A stretch of 64,000 nt of DNA from Laetmonice hystrix (Eukaryota), in contig OZ249440.1 in NCBI GenBank assembly GCA_965235115.1, positions 33,110,001 to 33,174,000 on the forward strand, in the 5' to 3' direction. Below are positions 35,701-47,200 of the stretch, piece after piece. The notes beneath the pieces are model-generated. The model did no database searches. It was given only the letters and a program-made list of their open reading frames with translations, and had not been told where the DNA came from. Position numbers and translations under genes: made by a program. The first letter of the stretch is position 1. Every line of letters starts with the position of its first letter.

Positions 35701-37954
35701 TGCTCCATACATTACCCCAAACAGTGTCTTAACCCACCAGGATCTTGATGATCTAGTTGGTCAACTGCCATTCCCATATCTTCTTCCGGGAGACTTTAAC
35801 GGCCACAAAGTGGGGTGGCACCACAACTGATGCCGGTGATGGCAAAGACAAGAGGATTGAAGAGTTAATTGACAACCACTATATGCATTTATAATGATGG
35901 TTCCAACATATACTTGCATCCCGGTCATGGAACCTATAAAGCCATTGACCTGGCAATAGCTGAACCAGATCTGCTGCTGGAATTTTCCAGGAGGATATGG
36001 TATGACCTTTGTGGGAGTGAACACTTCTCCCTAATAATTCAATATGAAGGACCCAACATATAGAGGAAAAACAACCAAGGTGGCAACTTAAAAAAGGCGG
36101 CACGGCTTCCAGACCCTGTGTCGGGAGCAATTCATTTAATGCCCCTTGCAGACAGGACAGTTTCTAAATCCTCGACAATTCCTAAACACGTCTCAAATCC
36201 ATGATTTAATGACGAATGTAAGCAGGCATTGAAATACCGGAAAAAAGCACAATGCCTTTTCAACAGGCATCCCAGGTTTTTGTGAATTCCTTGAGTTTTC
36301 CCTGAGAATTCTGAGAAATTTCCAAAATTCCATGAGAAATAGCATAACTGATTATAATGATCTTAAGAGGTATATGCTGCGCACTCTATGAACACTAAAA
36401 AGCCACGATACAAATTAGTCAATGGACACAACTTCGGACACACTAAAGATGCGCCCGCAAAATTGAATTAACAGATGAATACATTTCCCATCTGGGTCAT
36501 TGTCAAATTCCCTGCGTTTTCTCTGATTTTATATGTTTTCACCCAATTCCCTGAGTTTTCCCTGACTGGAAAATGGAAAATGGAACACCAATTTCAAGGA
36601 TTTCCCTGATTTCCAGAGTGGCTGGGAAGCCTGGTGAACCTTCCTAATTTTGCAATCATGAGAGCACGGGCACGCCGTTCCCAACTATGAGTCGGCCTTG
36701 TTTCCAAGAGGGCGGACGGCAGCCATCTTGAATTTCATAAAACACAGTCCCCCTCGAAAAATTGACGTCAGAAATGAGTTTAGCGACCTCAATTTAGTTG
36801 AAAAACATGTGTCATATTAATTTCTAAGACAAACGGTTCCCAGGCTTTGAGTCTGCCTTGTTTTCCAAGATGGTGGACGGCAGCCATCTTGGGTTTTGGC
36901 TCTAGGGATCCACCTTGACTTTTACAAAACTGTTCTCAGGATGCTGCTTTACATCTCTGCTTAATAACTCAGGTGAAATTTTCATCAAAAAGTGCCACCA
37001 TGCCTATCTAGACCTAATTAAGATCTAATATGAGAAATCCCCTAAATATCTTAGTTCTACATAATTTGACCTTGTTCTTGACCTCGGATGAAAAGTTTTA
37101 GTCTGAAATAGATTACCTATATCAAAGTTGTATCTACAATATACCATTACGGATGAGTCTATGCCAAATAAGATGAAATAACAGAAAAAGGCAAAGTGTG
37201 TTAATTTTCCATGAGAATTACTTTGACCTTTGACCTTGACCTTGACCTCTGAATTGAGAAATAATGCCGGAAATGGATTCCTCGGTTTGAACTTGTATGG
37301 AAAAGTGTCTTCGTTTATGATTCTATGCCTCCTGGTTCAAAAGTTATTTTTCATTAAACTAATTCAGGCTAATTATGCTAATTAGCTAATTAAAAATTTT
37401 CCCCAAAGTTGTTTCATTGCCAACAAAGTTCAAAATATTCCTAGGGCCCATGGGAACACATTTCAATCATAAAACCTTGTACTTAACAGGATTTCCAGGT
37501 CCAGTTGGGCGGCAACTCGACTATAAGCCTACCGGTATCATGGACAATAATTACTGTGAAGGAGACTTTGTGGCTTCACGTGTAGCAGGTCGTGGTAGGA
37601 CTATGCTCTACCCTGCAGAGGTATCTAATGCACTGCCATCTTTAGAGTAGCATATATCTTTAAATAACAATGTTAATTTTCTAACTAATTCATATGTGTG
37701 AATGAACATTCCGTGGTATTTATAATTATAAAAACTCATACTTACAGATCCTAGACATGGACGATGAAGGCAGTGTAGTGTTGAAGTACATGAAGCCGTC
37801 TGGACGTTATTACATCTGGCCAGAGAATGATGATGTCTACAAGGAGGATCTTGAGACCATAATCTGTAAACTCTCTGCTCCTAGACTTGTAAATGAGCGG
37901 GAACAATATGAATTTAATTGGGCAGAAATGGAGAGAGCAAAAGAGTTGATGTAA
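20730..37954 (+). CDS. Spliced transposase-OTU(vertnin-like)-Tudor-like fusion protein of the Sola2-like element; one late exon interrupted by a foldback element
   Basis: Phase-consistent exons 20730-20746, 21529-21681, 22316-22408, 22588-~25726, ~25980-26136, 33858-33899 joined to 37527-37620, and 37748-37954. Motifs: CICELC, DFGQNY, QVTIHP, FSDGRSSQYK, HGKGPADG, CFCDAC, GDGNCLPR, WNPDHFVPL. The splice junction near 25726/25980 is uncertain. Confidence 0.78.
27087..27766. mobile_element. Non-autonomous hAT-like element with 6-bp TSD
   Basis: TIR CAGGGTTGCAAGTT / AACTTGCAACCCTG; TSD AGCAAG at 27081-27086 and 27767-27772. Confidence 0.85.
28493..32131 (+). CDS. hATw-like transposase B, uninterrupted 946-aa main exon plus short 3' exons, C-terminal Tudor-like domain
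   Basis: Coiled-coil N-terminus, then LHKDGTSRK, LMTDRAANE, FHCMVH, DNRFN, NNLSCERDFG in the same order as transposase A. Exons 28493-31332, 31580-31805 and 32110-32131 are phase-consistent. Confidence 0.85.
32340..32925. repeat. Tandem array of a ~23-bp unit (TTCAAGATGGCCGCCACCTAATA), over 20 copies
   Basis: Directly visible; lies in the 3' subterminal region of element B. Confidence 0.95.
33900..37523. mobile_element. Academ-like non-autonomous foldback element with arms over 1 kb
   Basis: TAGTCGAG...CTCGACTA termini; 3-bp TSD TAA (33897-33899 / 37524-37526); arms ~33900-35120 and ~36005-37523 are reverse complements. Excision restores the host exon frame (..ERC|KPTGIMDNNY..). Confidence 0.85.
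35340..36275 (+). pseudogene. Degenerate I/Nimb LINE fragment (ORF1 end and APE) inside the foldback element
   Basis: ccaccttgatggca junction and alignable APE sequence; many indels. Confidence 0.85.
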
Positions 37955-38869
37955 TTGTAATATCTGCAGGGTGCCCAGTAGGCTCCCAGCAAAATGTGGA
38001 ATTTCACCCCCAAAATTAGCATGATGACTAATCAAATTAGTCATTTATCATTACAAATTTCTCAAATTGCTGCTGTAGCGATCTTCCAAAAAGGGTTGTC
38101 TTAAAATTGAGGAATTTTCTTTTAAATAAAGGTCAAAAATTTTGAAAATGTGGGAAATGGAGTTTTTTGAAAATTTATGTGGGACAAAATTTTGAAAATG
38201 GAATTTTTTGAAAAATGTGACAAAATTTTGAAAATGTTGGCAATGTGGGACCACTGGGCACCCTGCATCTGTTGTTTTCTTCTTTCATGAAGAACCTACA
38301 GTTAGGAGAATTTTAGTCACTTAAACGAAGTTTAACGTTTTTAAGAGTTTTTGACAGAAATAAGCATAACAACTATTCTTATTATATGATGTTTTGTTGC
38401 CATGTTTCTGCCTGAAACTTTTGCGGAGGTTTCTGCATTCTCTGTAGCCTATTTGTACTACACGTTATGTGTTGTTATTTGATTGATAAGTGATATTGAG
38501 GGCGGTTTATAATAAATTTAGAGACTACAGTATCATGGCTATGCAAACAAGTACAATGTACTTTACTCATAAAAATGCGTGAAAGAAGTTCAATCTTGTA
38601 TATATTAGCTAATGGAAATATATACAGTAATTTCACAATAAAGGTACTTACCAACTTAGTCCAGTATAGCTGGTCATCATGTCGCACAGTTCCGCTTGAA
38701 TTTGTAACTTTTCGTGTCCATATCTCACTTTAGTTGGCCAGTATTGTGTCGCTGGAGTAACCAACGATAAAACCATAACAGGTTTTTTTTTATCGTTGGT
38801 TACTTACAGTTTTCTCCAGATTTTCATGCTCACTACTAGTTGGTCATTAGTTCAAATAGTTGTGTGTCA

Positions 38870-39520
38870 AAAATCACCACCGACACAGAGTGACATAAGT
38901 GAAGTCCGTCCAAGATGTTGGTAACATTGATTTTGCCTCCTGTTGTCAAGGTTACTTCTATAATAGTTAAGTCCGTTCTAAAAAGGATTTGATATTTTAA
39001 AATCCTAAAGTTACAAAGCTGGAAATTGAATAGTGGTCAAAGATCACCACCGCGATGGTCAAAAATCACCACCGACACTTGGTACATAAGTGAAATCCGT
39101 CCAAGATGTTGGTAACATTGTTTTTGCCTCCTGTTGTCAAGGTTATTTCCTTCTAAAATAGTTAAGTCCGTTCTAAATAGGATTTGATACTTAATCTTAA
39201 AGTTACAAAGCTGGAAATTGAACAGTGGTCAAAGATCACCACCGCGATGGTCAAAGATCACCAACGCGATGGTCAAAAATTACCACCGACACAGTGTACA
39301 TAAGTGAAATCCATCCAAGATGTTGGTAACATTGTTTTTGCCTCCTGTTGTCAAGGTTACTTCCTTCTATAATAGTTAAGTCCGTTCTAAATAGGATTTG
39401 ATACTTAATCTTAAAGTTACAAAGCTGGAAATTGAACAGTGGTCAAAGATCACCACCGCGATGGTCAAAAATCACCACCGACACAACCAAATGGGTCAAA
39501 CACGTCAAAATCACCACCAA
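38870..39520. repeat. Subterminal ~190-210-bp tandem repeats with AAAATCACCACCG cores in the Sola2-like right end
   Basis: Three near-complete units (ccaagatgttggtaacattg...ttacaaagctggaaattgaa) plus scattered cores up to ~39860. Confidence 0.9.
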
Positions 39521-40295
39521 CACGTGATACCCCAGAATTATTCATTGCGCTATAAATATGTTGCTATTTTTCCAAAATAGTATAAAAAAATATGAAGAAG
39601 TGCATGATAATGTAAGTTACACTATATATAATGAGAGTATCATGTCTTTAAAAAAATGTTATGTAAGCTAGTCAACATCACCACCACAACACACTGCAAT
39701 TTCTGAGCATTTTTCCTGAATTTGTCTTGCGAGATGAAACTGACTCTGTTTTTCTAGTTACTAATGTTGCAAACTTGACTATGAGCTAAACAGATTTCTT
39801 GTATCAACCACAAAAGGTTAAATAATGTGCAATATGTGTGGTCAAAATCACCACCGCAACGGTGTCGCTTGCTCAAAGTTATTGACAATTTCGAGTGTTA
39901 ATGTGCCAGATGTTATGTCAGACCAAGTTGTTTCTGACAATTCAGGTATTTTTTTTGAAAAATAAAAAGTTAAAACAGAGTTTGTGTGAGATCATCATTT
40001 TTCCTTCCATGTCACACTTTTTGCACCTGCATTGTGGATGGGCCCATTTGTACATTTATTGGGTATCACAGGAAGACTGTGACAATTCCTAAATGATGGG
40101 TCTCCATTGGACTTAATACTGACTGTAAGGTAACTGTATTAGTCCAGTTAAGTATTTGTAACCCCCCCCCCCCCGTGGGGACCGGGGTAAGAATGTTCCC
40201 CAGCCCCCCCTGGCTGTTCGTAAGAGGCGAATAAATGGGGCGACTTGTTTGCTGTGAGTCGCGACCCATGTCGGTGGAGGAAGAGGTCCTGGTAC

Positions 40296-43200
40296 TAGTC
40301 CAGTTGAAATTTCAGGAACCTAGAAATGTTCTTTCCTATGAAATTTTTTTGTTGATTCATACTCTAATGGGGTCCTAGAACAAATTCAACTTGGTTGCCC
40401 AAAGGGCAACTTTGGGCAAATGTCGTAATTTGCATAAATCCAAGATGGCCGCCCAACGCCACCTTGAAAATTTAACTTTTGAACCACTTGCCTTAGAATG
40501 ATGTATAATACATCATTTTAGGGGTTTTTGGGTATGTAGAATCCATTTCTGATGTTATTTTTTCAATTGAAGGTCAAGGTCAGGTCAAATTCAAGATGGC
40601 CGCCCAACGCTACCTTGAAAATTTAACTTTTGAACCACTTGCTTTAGAATGATGTATAATACGTCATTTTAGGGGTTTTTGGGTATGTAGAATCCATTTC
40701 TGATGTTATATTTTCAATTGAAGGTCAAGGTCAGGTCAAATTCAAGATGGCCGCCCAAAGCCACCTTGAAATAATACGTCTTTTTAGGGGTTTTAGGAGT
40801 TGACACCAACCTGCCCAGAGTGATTAGGACCCTACGCCAACTGCCTGTAGCGATTAGGTCCCAATATACCCCACCTGGCTGTAGTGAGTGAGTGAGTAGT
40901 TGGTGTTTAATGCCCAGTCAGCCACCTGTAGAGATTAGGGCCCTATATACCCCAGCTGACTGTAGTCAATAGGAACCTATATACACCACCTGCCTGTATT
41001 TTTCTTTTGAAATGCACGGGCGTCAGGGGTAACCCAATTACTTTGACAATGTCCCTAAAGAGAAAAGTTGTATAGTCCTCTACAGGAATCGAACCCCGGC
41101 CGCAAGATTACTGCACCCATTCGCATAGCATAAGGTGTCGACACCCATGCCTACTCGGCCACCGCCACTCCCCTAATAAAGGAGCTTTGGTGGTCGAGCA
41201 GGACAATGGACCCTCCCCCTACACACATCTTCCGAAATGAGACGGAATCCTAGATAGAGCTACACATGATTTCTACCGAACATTGACTGTTAAGGTAATC
41301 CTGGCACTGGCGTAGACTGTATTTTTCTTTTGAAATGCACGGGCATCAGGGGTAACCCAATTACTTTGACAATGTCCCTAAAGAGAAAAGTTGTATAGTG
41401 TGATTAGGAACCTATATATCCCACCTGACTGTAGTGGTTAGGGCCCTATATACCAACCTGACTGTAGTGATTAGGAACCTATACGCCACCTGACTGTATT
41501 CATTAGGGCCCTATATACCCCACCTGACTGTAGTGATTGCGCCGCTATATACCCCACCTGACTGTATTTTTCTTTTGAAAATGCACGGGCATCAGGGGTA
41601 ACCCAATTACTTTGACAATGTCCCTAAAGAGAAAAGTTGTATAGTCCTCTACAGGAATCGAACCCAGGCGCTAAGATTACTGCACCCATTCGCATAGCAT
41701 AAGGTGTCGACATCCATGCCCACTAGGCCACCGCCACTCCCCTAAAAAAGGAGCTTTGGTGGTCGAGCAGGACAATGGACCCTCCCCCCTACACACATCT
41801 TTTTGAAATGAGACGGAATCCATATTTTCCTAGTTAGAGCTACACATGATTTCTACCGAACATTGACTGTTAAGGTAATCCTGGCACTGGCGTAGACTGT
41901 ATTTTTCTTTTGAAAATGCACGGGCATCAGGGGTAACCCAATTACTTTGACAATGTCCCTAAAGAGAAAAGTTGTATAGTCCTCTACAGGAATCGAACCC
42001 AGGCCCTAAGATTACTGCACCCATTCGCCTAGTGATTACGTCCATATATACCCCACCTGACTGTAGTGATGACGTCCCTATGGCCACCTGACTGTTGTGA
42101 TTAGGCAGCTATATACCCCACCTGACTGTATTTTTCCTTTTGAAATGCACGGGCGTCAGGCGTAACCCAATTACTTTGACAATGTCCCCAAAGAGAAAAA
42201 TCGTAAAGTCCTCTACAGGAATCGAACCCCGGCCCCAAGATTACTGCACCCATTCGCATAGCATAAGGTATCGACACCCATGCCCACTCGGCCACCGCCA
42301 CTTCCCTAAAAAAGGAAGCTTTGGTTTATTATGTCCCTATATACCCCACCTGGCTCTTGTGATTAGACCCCTATGTACCGCACCTGACTGTATTTTTCTT
42401 TTGAAATGCACGGGCATCAGGGGTAACCCAATTACTTTGACAATGTCCGTAAAGAGAAAAGTTGTATAGTCCTCTACAGAAATCGAACCCTGGCCCCAAG
42501 ATTACTGCACCCATTCGCATAGCATAAGGTGTCGACGCCCATGCCCACTCGGCCGCCGCCACCTCCCTATATGATTAGGGCCCTATATACCCCACTAAAC
42601 AGTATAGTGAGGCCAAACAATACAGTGCGGGCAAAAGGTACAGTGAGGCCAAACAGTGCACGGAGGCCAAACAGTATGCTATGCGAATGGGTGCAGTAAT
42701 CTTAGGGCCGGGGTTCGATTCCTGTAGAGGACTATACAACTTTTCTCTTTAGGGACATTGTCAAAGTAATTGGGTTACCCCTGATGCCCGTGCATTTCAA
42801 AAGAAAAATACAGTGAGAAGTCATGGTACTAGCTGGCCTGTTTCCTGTGGGTTTACAAGGGAGCCTCCTGTTTGTTACCAGCCGTTTATTGCCATTCTAA
42901 GACCCTAACCTGACCTTGACCTTCAATTGAAAAAATAACATCAGAATTGGATTGATTCTACACACCCAAAAACCCCTAAAAAGACGTATTATACATCATT
43001 CTAATGCAAGTGGTTCAAAAGTTAAATTTTCAAGGTGGTGTTGGGCGGCCACCTTGAATTTGAAATGACCTTGACCTTCAATTGAAAAGATAACATCAGA
43101 AATGGATTCTACATGCCCAAAAACCCCTAAAAAGACGTACCGTATTATACATCATTCTAAGGCAAGTGGTTCAAAAGTTAAATTTTCAAGGTGGCGTTGG

Positions 43201-43673
43201 GCGGCCATCTTGAATTTGACCTGACCTTGACCTTAAATTGAAAAAATAACATCAGAAATGGATTCTACATACCCAAAAACCCCTAAAATGACGTATTATA
43301 CATCATTCTAAAGCAGGTGGTTCAAAAGTTAAATTTTCAAGGTAGCGTTGGGCGGCCATCTTGAATTTGACCTGACCTTGACCTTCAATTGAAAAAATAA
43401 CATCAGAAATGGATTCTACATACCCAAAAACCCCTAAAATGACGTATTATACATCATTCTAAGGCAAGTGGTTCAAAAGTTAAATTTTCAAGGTGGCGTT
43501 GGGCGGCCATCTTGGATTTATGCAGATTACGAGATTTGCCCAAAGTTGCCCTTTGGGCAACCAAGTTGAATTTGTTCTAGGACCCCATTAGAGTATAAAT
43601 CAACAAAAAAAATTCATAGGAAAGAACATTTCTAGGTTGGTGTATTGAACACATAGGACTGTCAAATGGACTA
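40296..43673. mobile_element. Second Academ-like non-autonomous foldback element; arms built of 151-bp tandem units
   Basis: TAGTCCAGTTGA / TCAAATGGACTA termini; 3-bp TSD TAC (40293-40295 / 43674-43676). The empty site GGTACCTGAGG is seen in LINE copy 2. Confidence 0.88.
40995..42815 (-). repeat. Array of tRNA-like (Pol III A/B box) units, SINE-like; about 5 copies on minus plus one inverted partial copy
   Basis: Minus strand reads GGCGGTGGCCGAGTGG...GGTTCGATTCC...ACTTTT. B boxes near 41085, 41655, 41990, 42218 and 42480 (minus) and 42712 (plus). Confidence 0.75.
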
Positions 43674-44211
43674 TACCTGAGGAGGGTGAATTGCTGCGGC
43701 TTTTCACAAGTCCAACACGGTGCTTTGGCTCCTACTTCACCTAGACGGGAGGTTGGAGAGGCCCGATCCAATCGATCGGCTGGTCACGCCTTGCCCTAGG
43801 GTTTTTGTATCGGTACGCTTCACAGTGAATTTAATGCTCTAATACAATAGGAAACATCTATCTTAACTATTTATTCTTTATTCCTAGATGGCGGTGGCTT
43901 AGGATCAATTGAGTAATGGTAACGCCCTCTTTCGTTCCATTGCTTGAGTATACCAACCCTATATCCTTGGTTTGCAACTGCTGGTTACCGCAGCTCTGCA
44001 CTTCCTCTTGTTGGGCTCCGTGGAGGGTGGGGAATAGGGTTGGTGAAAAACTCTAACACAACCATGGCATCAAACAATCCCCCCAAACGAAAACTAGTGA
44101 AATTAACGGACTCTGACTCGGACCGGTCTATGGAGAACGAACCTTTGTCTTGACTGAATGGCCTCGTTTCATCATTGTTGAATCGGCAGAAGCTGAACGA
44201 CCAATATCTAA

Positions 44212-47200
44212 CCCTCTATTAACCACACACCCTTTTAATAGAGTGAAAATTATTTCCCTTTGTAGAAATGTTACTTTGGGGCCAATAAATCACTACAACT
44301 ACTTGGTTTGCAATTTGACCTCATTGACCTTGCTATAGAAAATGTAGCACACGTGCTACACTGGTTAATCCTCCTGTAAAATAACCACCAACTCCAGAAT
44401 TTTTTTCAAACTTCATTTCACAAAAAACATACTCTGTATTATTTGTACAGAAGAAAAATGGTTTGAACAGGTTCAAATACAACACTTGAAACAATTAGGA
44501 GCATTCCATTAGAAAAATGCTTTGAACAGTTACTTGACCTTGCTACAGAAAATGTAGCACACGTGCTACACTGGTTAATACCCGGACAGAATAACCACCA
44601 AGTATAGAATTTCATTTAATAAGTAACAGATTCTGTATTATTTGTACAGAAATAAAAATGCTTTGAACAGTTACAAAGTCAACAACTAAAACAATTGGGG
44701 AGACACAATTAGAATACCAGGGGGCCTAGAGTTTTTGGAAATAAATATTTTCGTGAGGAAAATGGGTATAATAAATTCATTGGAACAGTTATGGTGGAAA
44801 TAAATATTTTTACCTCGAAAGGGTAAAATAAAAAGTTAACACGCAGATCATTCCATAACAAAATAAAGTTACCCCATCTCCCGTGTAAAATAAATAAATA
44901 TGACTAGAAAAAACTCCAGGCCCCCACAGATATCTAATGGTTGCCCCCTTACTATCCATTGAACCATTCAAAATGCACTATAAATGCATACAAAGTACTG
45001 GAGCATTGCATGATAAGGGCCAGTCTTTCGGCCTACTCACACACCATGATGAAACCGAGAGAAGCAATTCTTGCCTCTGGTGAAACACAAATGTATATAT
45101 TTCACATGATCTCCTGACCGAGATGCTTGCATATTCCTTTTTTTTTGCTAGTAGATGCCTGCCTCGAAAAGGCTTCGCACTGTTGCACAGTGCAACTGTG
45201 ACATGGGCCTTGTACAAACTTCATTTCACAAGAAACAGATTCTGTGTTATTTGTACAGACAAAATGCTTTGATTTAACACCTAAACCAATTAGGGAGAAA
45301 CCATTAGAATACCAGGGGGCCTAGAATTTTTGGAAATAAATATTTTCGTTGGGAAAATGGGTATAATAAATACATGGCAGGTATGGTGGAAATAAATATT
45401 TTTACTTCAAAAGAGGGTAAAATAAATAAAAGGTTAAAACGCAGAAAAGTATTCTCTCCACGTTATTCCATAACAAAATAAAGTTACCCCATCTCCTTTG
45501 TAAAATAAATAAATATAAACTAGAAAAAAAACTCCAGGCCCCCATAGATATCTAATGGTTGCCCCCTTACTATCCATTGAACCATTCAAAATGCACTATA
45601 AATGCATACAAAGTACTGGAGCATTCCATGATAAGGGCCAGTCTTTCGGCCTACTCACACACCATGATGAAACCCAGTGAAGCAATTCTTGCCTCTAGTG
45701 AAACACAAATGTATTTCACATTTGGAACACTTCACAAAAGAGAACCCATCGTGACAATTTTTACAACGTTGCCTTTTGTCTTCCTGAAGGGGCCAGTGCT
45801 CATTACCATCAAATCTCACATGATCTCCTGGCCGGGATGCTTGCATTTTCCTTTTTTTTGCTGAATCGGTAGATGGCCTGCCTCGCAAAGGCTTCGCACT
45901 GTTGCACAGTGCAACCGCGACATGGGCCTGGAATTTCCGAAGAGGCATGGGTTTACCCACTTCCAGCACTCTACAATCCCGTTTGTAAAGAAACCAAGCA
46001 TTTACCATAGCAATCGTCAGTGTATGGTAGAACACATACATGTACCATCTCTTACTCTTCAGCTGGTTTTTATACAAGGAGGTCATCATATCCATCAAGT
46101 CGACACCACCCATTGATTTGTTGTATACACCAATGACACCTGGCCTGTCAACATCAACATGTTTTTTCTGTGACCTGTCATACCTGCGTACAGAATCAAG
46201 AGGTTCTGGCCCAATATATGAGGACACAACAGTGACACATCTGTTATCCAACCAACGTACAACTGCCACATTTCTGGTAGTTTCTACCACACTGTCAAAT
46301 GCCCCTCTACCTCCTTCTTTTAATTCTTTTTCTGATTTGAGTGGAGCCCCATGAAGTCGATTGTTGTTGATTGTGCCAACATACAGGATGTCTCTTTTTC
46401 TCAATTCCTCTATCATCTGGTAATTTGAGAAGAAATTATCTGCAAATACCTTGAAGTTGCGTTTTTCTGGAAGAGAAGAACACAAGTTCAAAACTACATT
46501 GCCACCCAGGCCGCAGTTGGGAAGATCACCATCAGTACCCATACCAGTACCCCTTCCCTGGTAGAGCTCAAATCTATGCAAAAATCCTGTGGAAGCGCAC
46601 CTAGCCCAGAGTTTGAACCCCCATTTTTTTGTTTTTTTTGGTAGGTATTGTTTCAAAATAGACCTGCCCTTGAAAGCTACCATTACTTCATCCACTGCCT
46701 GGTTCTCATCAGAGCTCACTGAAGCAAAACTTGCATTCAAAAAATCTATCCAAGGCCTTATTTTCCAAGCCCTATCTTGTTTTTCTGCATCTGTAACCAG
46801 TAGATTGTTTTTGATGTGCAAACAAGAACATATTTTTTGAAACCTATTTCTTGACATCACATCTGCTACAGGTGGGTAGCGTGTTTCCGTCTCCCAGTAA
46901 CATCCCACAGCAGCCATTTTGACTAACCCCATGTGGAAATACATTCCTGTGAAGACTTCAAGCTCTTTTGCAGTAGTTTGAAGATTTATGCCTGATTTTT
47001 GGTGAGCATAATTGTTTGTCTCTGTAGCCAAATGAGAGTACATATCATCAGTGACAAATCTCTTGAAATATCCATGAGGTGACAAATCATCCCTTGGCAT
47101 TGGTTCAAGTGCTGCTTCAACAAAGTCTATGTTGACAGGTGGGACAAAACGTCTCCGAGGATCAAACGTGTAAGTAGGTTTTGGGGTTTTTGATGTTTTC

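Larger units (their letters stand above)
20000..40045 (+). mobile_element. Sola2-like DNA transposon (~9 kb own sequence, ~20 kb with nested insertions)
   Basis: TIR GGGACCATCCACAGTGCAG (20000) / CTGCATTGTGGATGGGCCC (ends 40045); 4-bp TSD ATTT at 19996-19999 and 40046-40049. GRG termini with a 4-bp TSD fit Sola2. Confidence 0.8.

Noticed and set aside
36273..36633. CAGG...CCTG MITE in the foldback right arm
   Set aside because: An insertion is evident, but the TIR match is weak and no TSD could be read, so it was not classified.
41080..41170. Functional tRNA gene
   Set aside because: A and B boxes are present but I could not build an acceptor stem or a standard anticodon arm; treated as tRNA-derived.
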